From an uncultured virus (IMG/VR IMGVR_UViG_3300023371_000103) (Duplodnaviria; Heunggongvirae; Uroviricota; Caudoviricetes): a stretch of DNA of 64,000 bases. Below, one piece after another: positions 1 through 8,982 of the stretch. The stretch lies in IMG/VR virus record IMGVR_UViG_3300023371_000103. One strand, written 5' to 3'. Every line of letters starts with the position of its first letter. The first letter of the stretch is position 1. The notes beneath the pieces were generated by a model that saw nothing but the letters and a program-made list of their open reading frames with translations, made no database searches and was not told where the DNA came from. The translations under genes and the position numbers were made by a program.

Positions 1-1
1 T

Positions 2-736
2 TATCCCGGCGGTAAAAGCCGGGCAGCGCAAAGTATCGTCCGGCGTTTCTTTCCAAAGTCAACTCAAGCGGTGATCTCCCCTTTTCTGGGCGGAGGCTCC
101 GTCGAGCTGGCTTTAGCGGAGCAGGGAACCGAGGTGTTCGCCTCGGACGCCTTCCAGCCGCTGATCACTTTCTGGAACACTTTACTTCATGACCGGGAGG
201 CTCTGGTCGAGGCAGTAAAAGCCATTCCAAAAATGACGCCGGAACTGTTCAAGTACTTCCAGAACGGGCTGCGAAACGGGCAAGTCAGCGGCGTTCTGGA
301 AGCAGCGTGGTTCTTTGCGATCAACCGGAGTTCCTTCTCCGGCGTAACGCTCTGCGGCGGAATGTCGCCGGGCACGCCGCGGTTTACCGACTCCAGTATT
401 CAGCGGCTTGCATCTTTTCGGGAACCAAGGCTGTCCGTGACGCCGGAAGCGGAGGATTTTGAAACCTTTCTCAGAAAGTACCCGGACATGCCGGCCTACT
501 GCGATCCGCCGTACATGACCGACGGAAAACTCTACGGCGATAATGGCTCGCTCCACAAGGACTTCGACCACGAACGCCTGCGCCGAGTATTAGGAGAGAG
601 AAGAAACTGGGTCCTCTCGTACAATGACTGCCCGGAAGTACGGGAACTGTACACGGGTTTCAAGATCCTGACTCCTGACTGGAACTACGGTATGACCGGC
701 GGCAAGATCTCCAGTGAACTGATCATCACAGGTTAA
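2..736 (+). CDS. dam: DNA adenine methyltransferase (Dam/D12 class), 5'-truncated by window edge
   Basis: Frame from base 2 reads YPGGKSR; motif I SPFLGGGSV; catalytic DPPY; WVLSYND. Confidence 0.9.
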   Translation, partial: YPGGKSRAAQSIVRRFFPKSTQAVISPFLGGGSVELALAEQGTEVFASDAFQPLITFWNTLLHDREALVEAVKAIPKMTPELFKYFQNGLRNGQVSGVLEAAWFFAINRSSFSGVTLCGGMSPGTPRFTDSSIQRLASFREPRLSVTPEAEDFETFLRKYPDMPAYCDPPYMTDGKLYGDNGSLHKDFDHERLRRVLGERRNWVLSYNDCPEVRELYTGFKILTPDWNYGMTGGKISSELIITG

Positions 737-739
737 AAT

Positions 740-2659
740 ATGACAGACGCAACAGTAGGAAGCGTGGTCCTTAACGCCATGCTTCCGGAAGACATGAGAG
801 ACCCGAACCGGGTCTGGGATAAGAAAACGACGGGCAAGGTATTGACGCAGCTCGCCAAACGGCATCCGGACAAGTACAAGGAAGTCTCCAGTCAGCTCTT
901 GAGATTCGGCTACAAATCGGCGTACCTGACTGGCGGGCAGTCGTTCACTCTGCGCGACATTTCCGAAGCGAAGAACGTGAAAGCGATCCGCGACCAGATC
1001 AATCGTGAGACGCAGGCGATCTTCGAGAAGTGGTACAAAAAAGGGGTGCGTAGTGATGATCCGCGCGTTCAGAAGGAGATCATCGAAGCGACGATGAAGC
1101 ACCATAAAACGCTGAATGAAGGGAGCCTGGCGGAACGCCGCGATCAGGACTCCCCGTTCTATCATCAGGCGGTGGGGACCGGGGCGCAGAAGCCGGGAAC
1201 GTTCAATTCCATTATCGGCGCGGACCTTCTGTACGTGGATCAGGAAGAGCGTCCGATCCCGTTCCCGGTCGTTCACGGGTATTCCCGCGGTCTGACCCCT
1301 GCCGAGTATTTCGCCGGTGCTTTCGGAGCGCGGAAAGGCTCCGTGGACCTTCAGCGGGCGACTGCCGACGCAGGCTTCCTTGCCAAGCAGCTCGTCCAGA
1401 TCGCGCATCGCGAAGTCGTTACCGGTGACGACTCTCCGGATCCCTACGACGAAACCAACCCGACCGGCTACCCGGTAGACATCAGTGATCCGGATAACGA
1501 AGGTTCCTATCTGGCACACCCGGTCGCGGGCTACAAGCGGAATACGCTCCTGACTCCGGCGATCCTCTCGGACATCAAGCGGCAGGGACATGACCGGATC
1601 CTGGTGCGGTCCGTCATGGTAGGCGGTCCGGCAAACGGAGGTATTTACTCGTACGACGCCGGCGTTCGTGAATTCGGCGACCGTCCGGCCATCGGGGACT
1701 TTGTAGGCATTTCGGCAGTCCAGTCCGTCTCGGAACCGATCACTCAGGCAGCCATTTCCTCAAAACACTCCGGCGGCGTTATCTCCGCGGACTCCGGCAA
1801 AGCGATCTCCGGTTTCACATACCTGAACCAGATGATCCAGGTCCCGAAGCACTTCCAGCAGGGAGCCGTGCACGCGACCGAAGACGGAAGAGTTTCCAGG
1901 ATCGAAGCCCTGCCGCAGGGCGGACACAACGTGTACATTAACGGCGTGAAACATTACGTCGGACGACAGCAGGGAAAAGAAGTCGCCATTACGGTCAAGC
2001 CAGGAGATACCGTGGAGGCCGGCGACGTCATTACGGAAGGGATCCCGAACCCCGCGCAGATCGTGAAATACAAAGGGATCGGGGAAGGCAGACGCGCGTT
2101 CGTGAATCAGTTCAGCAGCGCACTGAAGAACGCAGGACAATCCGTCCACCGCCGGAATCTGGAAGTCCTCGGACGCGGACTGATCACCTACGTTCGGCTG
2201 AATGACGAGATCGGCGACTTCGCTCCGGACGATGTGCTCCCTTACGCCATGATCCAGTCCGCGTGGGAACCTCGTCCCGGAAGTATGACGCGCCCGGCAA
2301 AAGACATGGAAGGCTTCTACCTTGAAAAGCCTGTCCTCCACTACACCATCGGCACGAAACTGCGCCCCTCGGTCCTGAAGGAGCTGGAATCCTTCGGTGT
2401 AAAAGAAGTCTGCGCCCATAAAGACCCGCCGCCGTTTGAACCGGAAATGATCCGCGGCATGGCTCACGTCGCCAACGATCCGGACTGGGCGACCCGGCTC
2501 CTGGGCGGCTACCAGCAAAACTCCCTCCTCGAAGGCGCCCGCCGCGGCAGCACATCCAACACGGAAGGCACCTCCTTCGTCCCGGCCCTCGCCCTTGGCG
2601 GTGTAGACTTCGGCAGACGCGGAGCCATCGCAAAGCCGCAGAACAGAAAGTATTTCTAG
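740..2659 (+). CDS. Phage multisubunit RNA polymerase beta'-like subunit, C-terminal half
   Basis: Bridge helix GLTPAEYFAGAFGARKGSVDLQRATADAGFLAKQL resembles RpoC [35 protein letters not shown]; trigger loop GISAVQSVSEPITQAAISSKHSGG resembles [24 protein letters not shown]; no NADFDGD motif. Confidence 0.88.
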   Translation: MTDATVGSVVLNAMLPEDMRDPNRVWDKKTTGKVLTQLAKRHPDKYKEVSSQLLRFGYKSAYLTGGQSFTLRDISEAKNVKAIRDQINRETQAIFEKWYKKGVRSDDPRVQKEIIEATMKHHKTLNEGSLAERRDQDSPFYHQAVGTGAQKPGTFNSIIGADLLYVDQEERPIPFPVVHGYSRGLTPAEYFAGAFGARKGSVDLQRATADAGFLAKQLVQIAHREVVTGDDSPDPYDETNPTGYPVDISDPDNEGSYLAHPVAGYKRNTLLTPAILSDIKRQGHDRILVRSVMVGGPANGGIYSYDAGVREFGDRPAIGDFVGISAVQSVSEPITQAAISSKHSGGVISADSGKAISGFTYLNQMIQVPKHFQQGAVHATEDGRVSRIEALPQGGHNVYINGVKHYVGRQQGKEVAITVKPGDTVEAGDVITEGIPNPAQIVKYKGIGEGRRAFVNQFSSALKNAGQSVHRRNLEVLGRGLITYVRLNDEIGDFAPDDVLPYAMIQSAWEPRPGSMTRPAKDMEGFYLEKPVLHYTIGTKLRPSVLKELESFGVKEVCAHKDPPPFEPEMIRGMAHVANDPDWATRLLGGYQQNSLLEGARRGSTSNTEGTSFVPALALGGVDFGRRGAIAKPQNRKYF

Positions 2660-2668
2660 GGTAAAAGT

Positions 2669-2744
2669 CTATTGCTCAAATTTTTACAATTTTTGGGCAA
2701 TAGGCTCTTCTTATGCACAAATTTTTACAATTTTTGGGCAATAG
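2669..2744. repeat. Two identical 27-bp direct repeats CAAATTTTTACAATTTTTGGGCAATAG; the first lies within a hairpin (2669-2703)
   Basis: Copies at 2677-2703 and 2718-2744; CTATTGCTCAAA/TTTGGGCAATAG inverted arms just after the RNAP stop. Confidence 0.85.
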
Positions 2745-2800
2745 CTTTAGCCTTGAGTTCCCTGACATTGTCCTGAGTCCGAAATATTTATAAAAGGCGT

Positions 2801-3079
2801 ATGAAGAAAAGTCCTCAAAACACAGAGAGAAATCAACCCTCGGACGAGAACCTGCCGCGCTTTGATTTTGGCAGGACTCTGGGTGCTGTCGTTTATCTGC
2901 TCCGCAGATTAGAAGGTCCTGTAACTCCGCAAAGGCTGATGTGCCTTCTCTACATTGCTGACCGGAAATCACTTCTGACCTTTGGCGACACGATCACCGG
3001 TCTCCTGTGGAAAGTCACTCCGGACGGTCCTTTCTCCGAAGAACTTCAGGCTTTGTTTGATGGACGTTACGGCAGTTAA
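2801..3079 (+). CDS. Panacea/DUF4065 (SocA-like) antitoxin-domain protein, probably truncated or decaying
   Basis: RLMCLLYIADRKSLLTFGDTITG...GP resembles the Panacea KLxKLLYxAD...GxPITG...GPV pattern; only 92 aa. Confidence 0.6.
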   Translation: MKKSPQNTERNQPSDENLPRFDFGRTLGAVVYLLRRLEGPVTPQRLMCLLYIADRKSLLTFGDTITGLLWKVTPDGPFSEELQALFDGRYGS

Positions 3080-3192
3080 AGCGCAACTGGCTGCGCAGGT
3101 TTCTGGAGGCGGCCCCTGATTCAACACTCCGGCTTTTAGTCCTCCGGGTACTTGAAAGTCCTTGGGGTGTCTGTAAGATACAGCTGTTTCTG

Positions 3193-3873
3193 TTAGACAT
3201 CTACCGCACGCGGGATAGCACACAGGTTTCCATCCGTATTTATTTGCAGGCAGTCTGACGTTCCCGGAAAGTTCTGAAATATGCGCCGGCACATATCCGG
3301 ATCGTCTCTAAAAACAGAAAGCCATATACTGAAATGCGATACTATCGTGTCTTGGATCTGGTCTCGCATCGCAAGAGAATCTGCCCGATGCAGATTATCT
3401 TTTGCCCTCTGCGCTTTACTCTGTGTTTCCATGCGTTTACTCCAGCGGGTATCTTGCCTGGACGCACCGCTGCCCGGCGTCCGATCTAGCCCAATGAGCC
3501 GGATCGTTCTGTCTACCCGTTCCTGAACATGTGTCGGCAGCTCGGTATTAGGGGTAGGTATTCCGCCTTCACCCCATATGATCGCGAGGAATGTATTGTC
3601 CCTATCTGGAAAAACATAATGAGCCGGATCTGGTACGTCAGTATCTCCTTTAATGGCATTGCACATACGGCATGCAAGAAGAATATTATCCCAATCGCAG
3701 GATATGGCAGGGTATTTGCTCTTGGGCTGAATATGTTCTACCTCGAGTTCATACTTCATACACGCAGCCTCGCAATAGGAGCAGAAGTTTCCCAGCCTGT
3801 CTATTAAGAAGTGTTTGGCATCCTGATACTTATAGAACACCTGAGGTGCAGCCCCTTTATTTACTGGACGCAT
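3193..3873 (-). CDS. ptuB: HNH endonuclease, Septu PtuB-like
   Basis: MRPVNKG start overlaps the ATPase 3' end; CSYCE...VEHIQPKS...WDNILLACRMCN. Confidence 0.8.
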   Translation of the reverse strand: MRPVNKGAAPQVFYKYQDAKHFLIDRLGNFCSYCEAACMKYELEVEHIQPKSKYPAISCDWDNILLACRMCNAIKGDTDVPDPAHYVFPDRDNTFLAIIWGEGGIPTPNTELPTHVQERVDRTIRLIGLDRTPGSGASRQDTRWSKRMETQSKAQRAKDNLHRADSLAMRDQIQDTIVSHFSIWLSVFRDDPDMCRRIFQNFPGTSDCLQINTDGNLCAIPRAVDV

Positions 3874-5182
3874 CGTTAGCCTCCATTGCAAGGCGTTCCA
3901 TCTCGAGAAAGGCGTGATATGCCACATCCTGACTGAAAGGGGCGATCAGTGCATCCAGTTTTTGTCTTTTCTGTCTTTTTTCCTCTTCTGAAACGGCTGT
4001 AGAATGAAGCAGGGTATAATACTCTTTTGCCGTTTCATACATCTCATGATACCGCCGGCTGCGCTGCGGTATTGTTACGCCCATCAAGTCTTCTGTGATG
4101 TCCTCGATACTGCGGCTTTCATACTCTGCAGTCGGCGCCGGCGAGGCTGTACCGGGCTTTTGTATATTTTCCATATTCTCAAGGTCTAAGACGCAGCCAT
4201 CCTGCACGGATTGTATGATAAACGGCGAGTGTGTCGTTGCGACAAACTGAACATTTGGGAACGTTTTTTGCAGGTCGCCAACGACTCGTCTCTGCCATCT
4301 GGGGTGTAAAAACAGGTCCAGTTCATCGATGAGCACAACACCATACACCTGTGAAAGATCCTCCGTGTGCGGGTTCAGGATCGTCCATCGGCGTATAAGG
4401 TCCATAAGCATAAGGGTCATACTGCGATAGCCGTCACTCGTGTTTTCCAGCAGTTCCAGCTCTCCGGTCTCAAACTGCAGATAGTTTCCCGCATGTCCTA
4501 CGTCATATTTAAGCCCGCAACAGCCGGGGATCAGTATCTGAAGCGCTTGTTTCAGGAGTCTCATTGGTCTTGTCTCCTGCCCGTTTTGTACTGTCGCCAA
4601 GGCCTGAAGACTTACCCACTCCTGAATAACTTTCAGATCCGCATTAGGATCTAAAGAACTGTGATACCCTTTGAATCGCGACGCTAATTTTCCCACCGAA
4701 AGGCGGTGTCTTTTCAGATGTTGCGCTCGCCCGGTACCGTAATAAGCCAGTAGAGGCAGAAAAACGCCCTCACCCGCCTGAACCTGGCTGCCTTGCTTTT
4801 CCAGAATCGTAAAAAGCGGATTCTTCCCGTTGTAGGTAGTACGTCCGTTGTCGGATCGTTTGGTACGCAGGATCCGGTAGGAAGTCTTCTGATAAATGAC
4901 TGCGGAACTTACAGTAACTGGATACTGCGTCTCTTCAGACGGAAGCATGGCATCCAGAAGCGAGATCTGGACACGTACTTCCTCCCGCCGAATATCTCTC
5001 GGCGCGTTAGAGCTGTGTGACAGTTTCGACTGGAAAGATCCCAGAATAACCGCGAGAGCATCTAGTATTTGTGTTTTTCCGGCGGCATTATCTCCGATGA
5101 TCGCCGTAAATTTCGGATGGAACCCGAATGTTTGATCCTCAAATTTGCGAAAGTTCTGTAATCTCAGGTTCTGAATGTACAT
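3857..5182 (-). CDS. ptuA: ABC-type ATPase, Septu PtuA-like
   Basis: MYIQNLRLQNFRKF; Walker A GDNAAGKT; SDGYRS signature; LIDELDLFLHPRWQ; TTHSP; adjacent HNH gene. Confidence 0.82.
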   Translation of the reverse strand: MYIQNLRLQNFRKFEDQTFGFHPKFTAIIGDNAAGKTQILDALAVILGSFQSKLSHSSNAPRDIRREEVRVQISLLDAMLPSEETQYPVTVSSAVIYQKTSYRILRTKRSDNGRTTYNGKNPLFTILEKQGSQVQAGEGVFLPLLAYYGTGRAQHLKRHRLSVGKLASRFKGYHSSLDPNADLKVIQEWVSLQALATVQNGQETRPMRLLKQALQILIPGCCGLKYDVGHAGNYLQFETGELELLENTSDGYRSMTLMLMDLIRRWTILNPHTEDLSQVYGVVLIDELDLFLHPRWQRRVVGDLQKTFPNVQFVATTHSPFIIQSVQDGCVLDLENMENIQKPGTASPAPTAEYESRSIEDITEDLMGVTIPQRSRRYHEMYETAKEYYTLLHSTAVSEEEKRQKRQKLDALIAPFSQDVAYHAFLEMERLAMEANDASSK

Positions 5183-5286
5183 ATACTCTTCCTTTTCCGT
5201 CAACGAATCTGCTTCCGGCAGAAAACCAATACACGCGGACCGGTTTTTTATTTCGTCACACTTGACAAACATTCAAAATCATTCTT

Positions 5287-5314
5287 ATTATAATTCGCCG
5301 ACCAAAAGTTTCAA
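5287..5314 (-). promoter_or_regulatory. Sigma70-like promoter for the ptuAB pair
   Basis: Minus strand TTGAAA-N16-TATAAT about 105 nt upstream of the ptuA start; overlaps a plus-strand TTGACA-N18-TATTAT (5262-5291). Confidence 0.55.
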
Positions 5315-5685
5315 GCAGTTTCGGTCCGAGAATAGGAATTTTTCTCCGAACATCGTCCAGATATTCCGATAGTAGAAATTCTGCACCCTATACGACAGGG
5401 GCCTCAAAAGGGACACGCTGCGCAACAGCTTGATATACAAATAAAAGCGGCGGCGGCACTTGACGCCATTCTAGGCCTGCCCCGTAAGATACCGTCGCTT
5501 TCAAAACTCTTCACATAACCCGGCGCAAGGCAGAAGGCTCTGTGCATCGCGCATAACCTGTCTGCCCTCTGTGCCTTTTTTTAGAAAAAGATACTAAAAC
5601 TTTATCTACCGTTGGATATTTACTATAATTGCTATTAACCGGTAAACCCATTCTTGCTATTGTATATCTGTTCAAGGAGGAAGAC

Positions 5686-6117
5686 ATGAGTACCCGCGCC
5701 CGACGCTACACTGCTATCGAGATAGCAGAATACGTTTTAGATAAATGTGTAAGAGACGGCTGTCCAATAAGTAACCTGCATCTACAGCCAATGCTGTACT
5801 TTCTGCAGAAAGCATTTCTCAAGGAAAAACAGTACCCTCTATTCGAAGACAAGATATACGCTGGAAAGTATGTTCCAATCATACTTCCTGTCCATGAGCG
5901 GTACTGTCTGGCGGGAGCCTACCCTTTGCTTGAGCGTTATGATGCTTATTTGCCGGAGGATGTTTGCGAGATCCTCGGTCCGGAGATTAAAAGGCTGTGC
6001 GCTATCCCCCTCCTGGACCTGATCCGCAGCGTAAAGGAGGAGCCTGCCTGGAAAAAAGCGGTACAAAGCAAGTCGCAAGAACTTCGATTACACCTAGACG
6101 AGGAGCGTGTTTGTTGA
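5686..6117 (+). CDS. Panacea/DUF4065 (SocA/GepA-like) antitoxin-domain protein
   Basis: AIEIAEYVL...ISNLHLQPMLYFLQ...PLFEDKIYAGKYVPI; AAGGAGG RBS. Confidence 0.78.
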   Translation: MSTRARRYTAIEIAEYVLDKCVRDGCPISNLHLQPMLYFLQKAFLKEKQYPLFEDKIYAGKYVPIILPVHERYCLAGAYPLLERYDAYLPEDVCEILGPEIKRLCAIPLLDLIRSVKEEPAWKKAVQSKSQELRLHLDEERVC

Positions 6118-6168
6118 ACATAAAATATCTCCTGTAAAAAGAGTACATGTTAATTTTGAAAGCGTATA

Positions 6169-6206
6169 GCACGGTTTCACGTTTATGCGAAACCGTGTTT
6201 CTTTTT
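6169..6206 (+). terminator. Intrinsic terminator
   Basis: GCACGGTTTC...GAAACCGTGT stem followed by T-rich tract. Confidence 0.7.
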
Positions 6207-6220
6207 AGGTGTCAAAAGTA

Positions 6221-6250
6221 CTTAAAAATACGGGTTTTTGAGGCATATAT
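6221..6250 (+). promoter_or_regulatory. Phage-type promoter motif copy 1 (TAAA-N15-GGCATATA)
   Basis: CTTAAAAAT-acgggtttt-TGAGGCATATAT upstream of the 6312 ORF; recurs at 8638, 22305(-) and 24876. Confidence 0.7.
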
Positions 6251-6311
6251 ATTGAATACAAAGAAGCTACGTGTTGTAGCCTCGAAAAATTTTTTATGAA
6301 AGGACTTAATT

Positions 6312-6722
6312 ATGTTCGACGCTACGAAAAATCACGGTTATGTTGAAATGTGGACCCCCGAAGGGGAGGTCCTCTTTGATCGGGAGGCCTTGCGGCAGAT
6401 GTTGCTGCGCCGCCTGAAGAAGGTCGGCGCAGAATTCATCCGTGCCTGGTCGCACACGCGCGGCCAGGCCGCCACCTCTCGCGGGCTTGTTGCCCGCCTG
6501 CGCGAAAGGATAGAATCTAAAGAGTTCATAACTGAATTGGCGGAATGGACCGAGGCCCGCGATAGTATTGGGGCTACCGCGTGGGGTAACCTTTCCGCGC
6601 TTGTAGCCCGATCTCCCGATGAGGAGGCGTGGATTATCGTAGACAGGTATTTGAAATTGGACTTCCTTGATCACCGAGAGGCAAATAGCCTGCAGCGGCA
6701 GGCCTGGCTGGATCAGAAGTAG
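6312..6722 (+). CDS. Hypothetical protein (single-gene cassette)
   Basis: ORF with AAGGA RBS, flanked by the promoter motif and a terminator. Confidence 0.75.
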   Translation: MFDATKNHGYVEMWTPEGEVLFDREALRQMLLRRLKKVGAEFIRAWSHTRGQAATSRGLVARLRERIESKEFITELAEWTEARDSIGATAWGNLSALVARSPDEEAWIIVDRYLKLDFLDHREANSLQRQAWLDQK

Positions 6723-6724
6723 AG

Positions 6725-6755
6725 AAAAAACGCGCCGTGTGAGGGCGCGTTTTTT
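6725..6755. terminator. Bidirectional intrinsic terminator, near-identical to that at 8945
   Basis: AAAAAACGCGCC-GTGTGAG-GGCGCGTTTTTT between convergent genes. Confidence 0.8.
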
Positions 6756-6825
6756 AGCTATTGCAGCGTTTTCCAGAAATTTTCTAAAATAAGTGTAACA
6801 GTTCGCCGTTATATAAATAGACAGG

Positions 6826-8625
6826 TCAGAATACCTGGATCAGTCCGTCAGGGTAAATGACTTGCTGATTAGTATAGTCGAAAATAGGCCGAGGCTCTTT
6901 CGAAGGACGGCGTCCTTGCTGTTCGATCGCTTCCCGAGGCGGAGGCAAGCGGTCTGGAACCGTTCGGGAGACCGCGTATGCTGTCGCCAGTGCCTGACGC
7001 TCCAATTTTTGGAGAAGGTTCCGTTTTTCCTGTTCGCGCGTCGGATCAATGAGCAGATCCGGGAGGTCCTGTATCTCCTTGCTGTTCAGCATTGCGAACA
7101 GACGTGCGTCAACGGCTTTCTCGGCCTCTGGTGTCATGGGGATCCTAGCGCGAAGTCCATCCATTACAGCCTGATGCACATCCTGGACCGCGCTCTCGGT
7201 AACTATTTCGTCCGCCCAAGGGAAAGCGTGCTGGCGGACATGCAGCGTGTTCGTGACGGGTCGGAGACCTTTCTCAAGTGTATTCACAGCGCGTTCCTCA
7301 ATGCCGGGACTGTGTACCGCCTTCGGGTAGGTTTGGGTCACGTCGTTGCCTTTGACGTAGTAGTTCCATGCGTCCTGAAAAGGTGTGACGGCGACGTTTC
7401 CTAATCCTCCAAGCAGTCCAGCAGTCGTGCCGGCTGCTGTCATAATAGGCTTTCCCCATGTTGCGGAATAACGGTAGTCCGGGTGACTGTAATTCGGCAT
7501 ATGGCTGGAAAATCCGTCATGAAACCGGTCCTTAAGGCGGGACCAGTACATTCCCCATCCGGTCGTGTTTTTATTATCCGGGTGGTCTGGAGAACGTTCC
7601 CAGGATGTCAGGGCTCTTGCTTCCAGTTTGCGCCCAAAGTCGTCCGAAACTTCCGGGATCTTGTTGTTCTGGATCGCGTTGCCAGCCTCTTCGGCGGTCT
7701 GGTATGCACGATGAGCCGCGCCGGCCTGCGCAAATACGGAGTCGGCCTTAAACGCTGGGTCCACAACAGCAATAGGCGGGAGTGACAGGAAAGCGTTGTT
7801 CAATTCCGGTTTGGGGAACAAGGTAAACGGTTTGAACTCCGGACGATAGTATATCATTTCTCTGTTAAACGGGTGAAAGTAACGGAACAGTTCGTTGTAG
7901 CCGCCCACACCCATTTGCTTAGCATAGGGACCTGCGTTGTCGTACAGATAGCGTGCGCCCGCATTCACGAACCGCGGTGCGTTTCCTATTGCGAAGGAAA
8001 GACCGGTTGCCGCATTGTTTCGGTCTTCTCGCGTGTCGAGCTGGTCCAGCGTCCACCCAATCGGCTTGTACATTTCCTGCTTCGCGTGTGCCCACGCTGG
8101 AAATTGCCGGGAATGATTGTCTCGAAGACGCTGTGCTTTCTGTGGATCGATCCAGCTTCCTGCGTAAATTCCCGGCGTTGCGAACACATCCGAGAATGCA
8201 CCGAGACCAATATCACGAAGTCCGTATCCTATCGATCGGACACCGTGGTCGAACATAATGTCATCCTGTACCGCCTGCCTTTGTGAGGCGGACTGCGAGG
8301 GGGTCATACGCTCTGCCATCATCCGTTCATTCTCCTGCCAGACAGGATGATCGGGATTGTTGATGTAGTGTTCGTTAATGCCTTGATTCATAGAGTAGCC
8401 CACGTGGTGTCCCGCGGCACTAGCAGCCATATTTCCGGGAAAAGCCGCGATCTGCGTCCCCATGCGGATCGGGGCGGGATTCCAGCGGCTACCTGCAACG
8501 AACGAGGCTGGAGCACCCAGCCCAGTACTCGCACCCATACGCTCAGATGTATACGCAGGGGATCGTGCCGGATCTTGCTGTGACTCAGTGGTCTTAGAAG
8601 CGGACTGTTTGTTGTACTTATTCAT
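6826..8625 (-). CDS. Hypothetical 599-aa protein, possibly internal virion protein
   Basis: Long ORF; Gly/Ala-rich segments; N-terminal KQSA. Confidence 0.65.
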   Translation of the reverse strand: MNKYNKQSASKTTESQQDPARSPAYTSERMGASTGLGAPASFVAGSRWNPAPIRMGTQIAAFPGNMAASAAGHHVGYSMNQGINEHYINNPDHPVWQENERMMAERMTPSQSASQRQAVQDDIMFDHGVRSIGYGLRDIGLGAFSDVFATPGIYAGSWIDPQKAQRLRDNHSRQFPAWAHAKQEMYKPIGWTLDQLDTREDRNNAATGLSFAIGNAPRFVNAGARYLYDNAGPYAKQMGVGGYNELFRYFHPFNREMIYYRPEFKPFTLFPKPELNNAFLSLPPIAVVDPAFKADSVFAQAGAAHRAYQTAEEAGNAIQNNKIPEVSDDFGRKLEARALTSWERSPDHPDNKNTTGWGMYWSRLKDRFHDGFSSHMPNYSHPDYRYSATWGKPIMTAAGTTAGLLGGLGNVAVTPFQDAWNYYVKGNDVTQTYPKAVHSPGIEERAVNTLEKGLRPVTNTLHVRQHAFPWADEIVTESAVQDVHQAVMDGLRARIPMTPEAEKAVDARLFAMLNSKEIQDLPDLLIDPTREQEKRNLLQKLERQALATAYAVSRTVPDRLPPPREAIEQQGRRPSKEPRPIFDYTNQQVIYPDGLIQVF

Positions 8626-8637
8626 GCGTTCCCTTTA

Positions 8638-8667
8638 GTTAAATACGTTAGATTATGTGGCATATAA
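8638..8667 (+). promoter_or_regulatory. Phage-type promoter motif copy 2
   Basis: GTTAAATAC-gttagatta-TGTGGCATATAA upstream of the 8710 ORF. Confidence 0.7.
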
Positions 8668-8709
8668 CAGGATAGAGGTTAGTATACACTATATTTAAGG
8701 AGTTTTGAA

Positions 8710-8946
8710 ATGGGTTGTATGTTTGAATTGCTGATCGGGCTCATTCTTGAGCCGCTCCGCCTGTTGTTTGTTTGGCTGCTTACCCGGTTTCCAGAACATG
8801 TGCGTAATATTATTCTAGCCATCTGCCTACTTCTGCCAGTCTTATTCTTGGGTCCTTTTTCGGTGATCTTTCTCATGGGGGTTGTCCTCTACTGGCTGCT
8901 CCGGGACAGTAAAACAGAGGAGAAACAGGAAGATAGGCAGAAGTAA
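8710..8946 (+). CDS. Small membrane protein
   Basis: 78 aa, mostly hydrophobic; AAGGAG RBS. Confidence 0.75.
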   Translation: MGCMFELLIGLILEPLRLLFVWLLTRFPEHVRNIILAICLLLPVLFLGPFSVIFLMGVVLYWLLRDSKTEEKQEDRQK

Positions 8947-8982
8947 AAAAAACGCGTCGTGTGAGGGCGCGTTTCTTTTTTT
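8945..8982. terminator. Bidirectional intrinsic terminator (copy of 6725)
   Basis: AAAAAAAACGCGTC-GTGTGAG-GGCGCGTTTCTTTTTTT. Confidence 0.8.

Noticed and set aside
2677..2744. Possible mini-CRISPR array
   Set aside because: Only two repeats with a 14-nt spacer, and no cas genes in the window
3193..5582. Complete retron (Ec78-type) system
   Set aside because: No reverse transcriptase (YADD-type domain) near ptuAB. The YADD at the end of the 62487 protein is YADA in its paralog and lacks RT context
6781..6816. Fifth copy of the TAAA-N15-GGCATATA promoter
   Set aside because: Has CGTTATATA with wrong spacing and no downstream plus-strand gene
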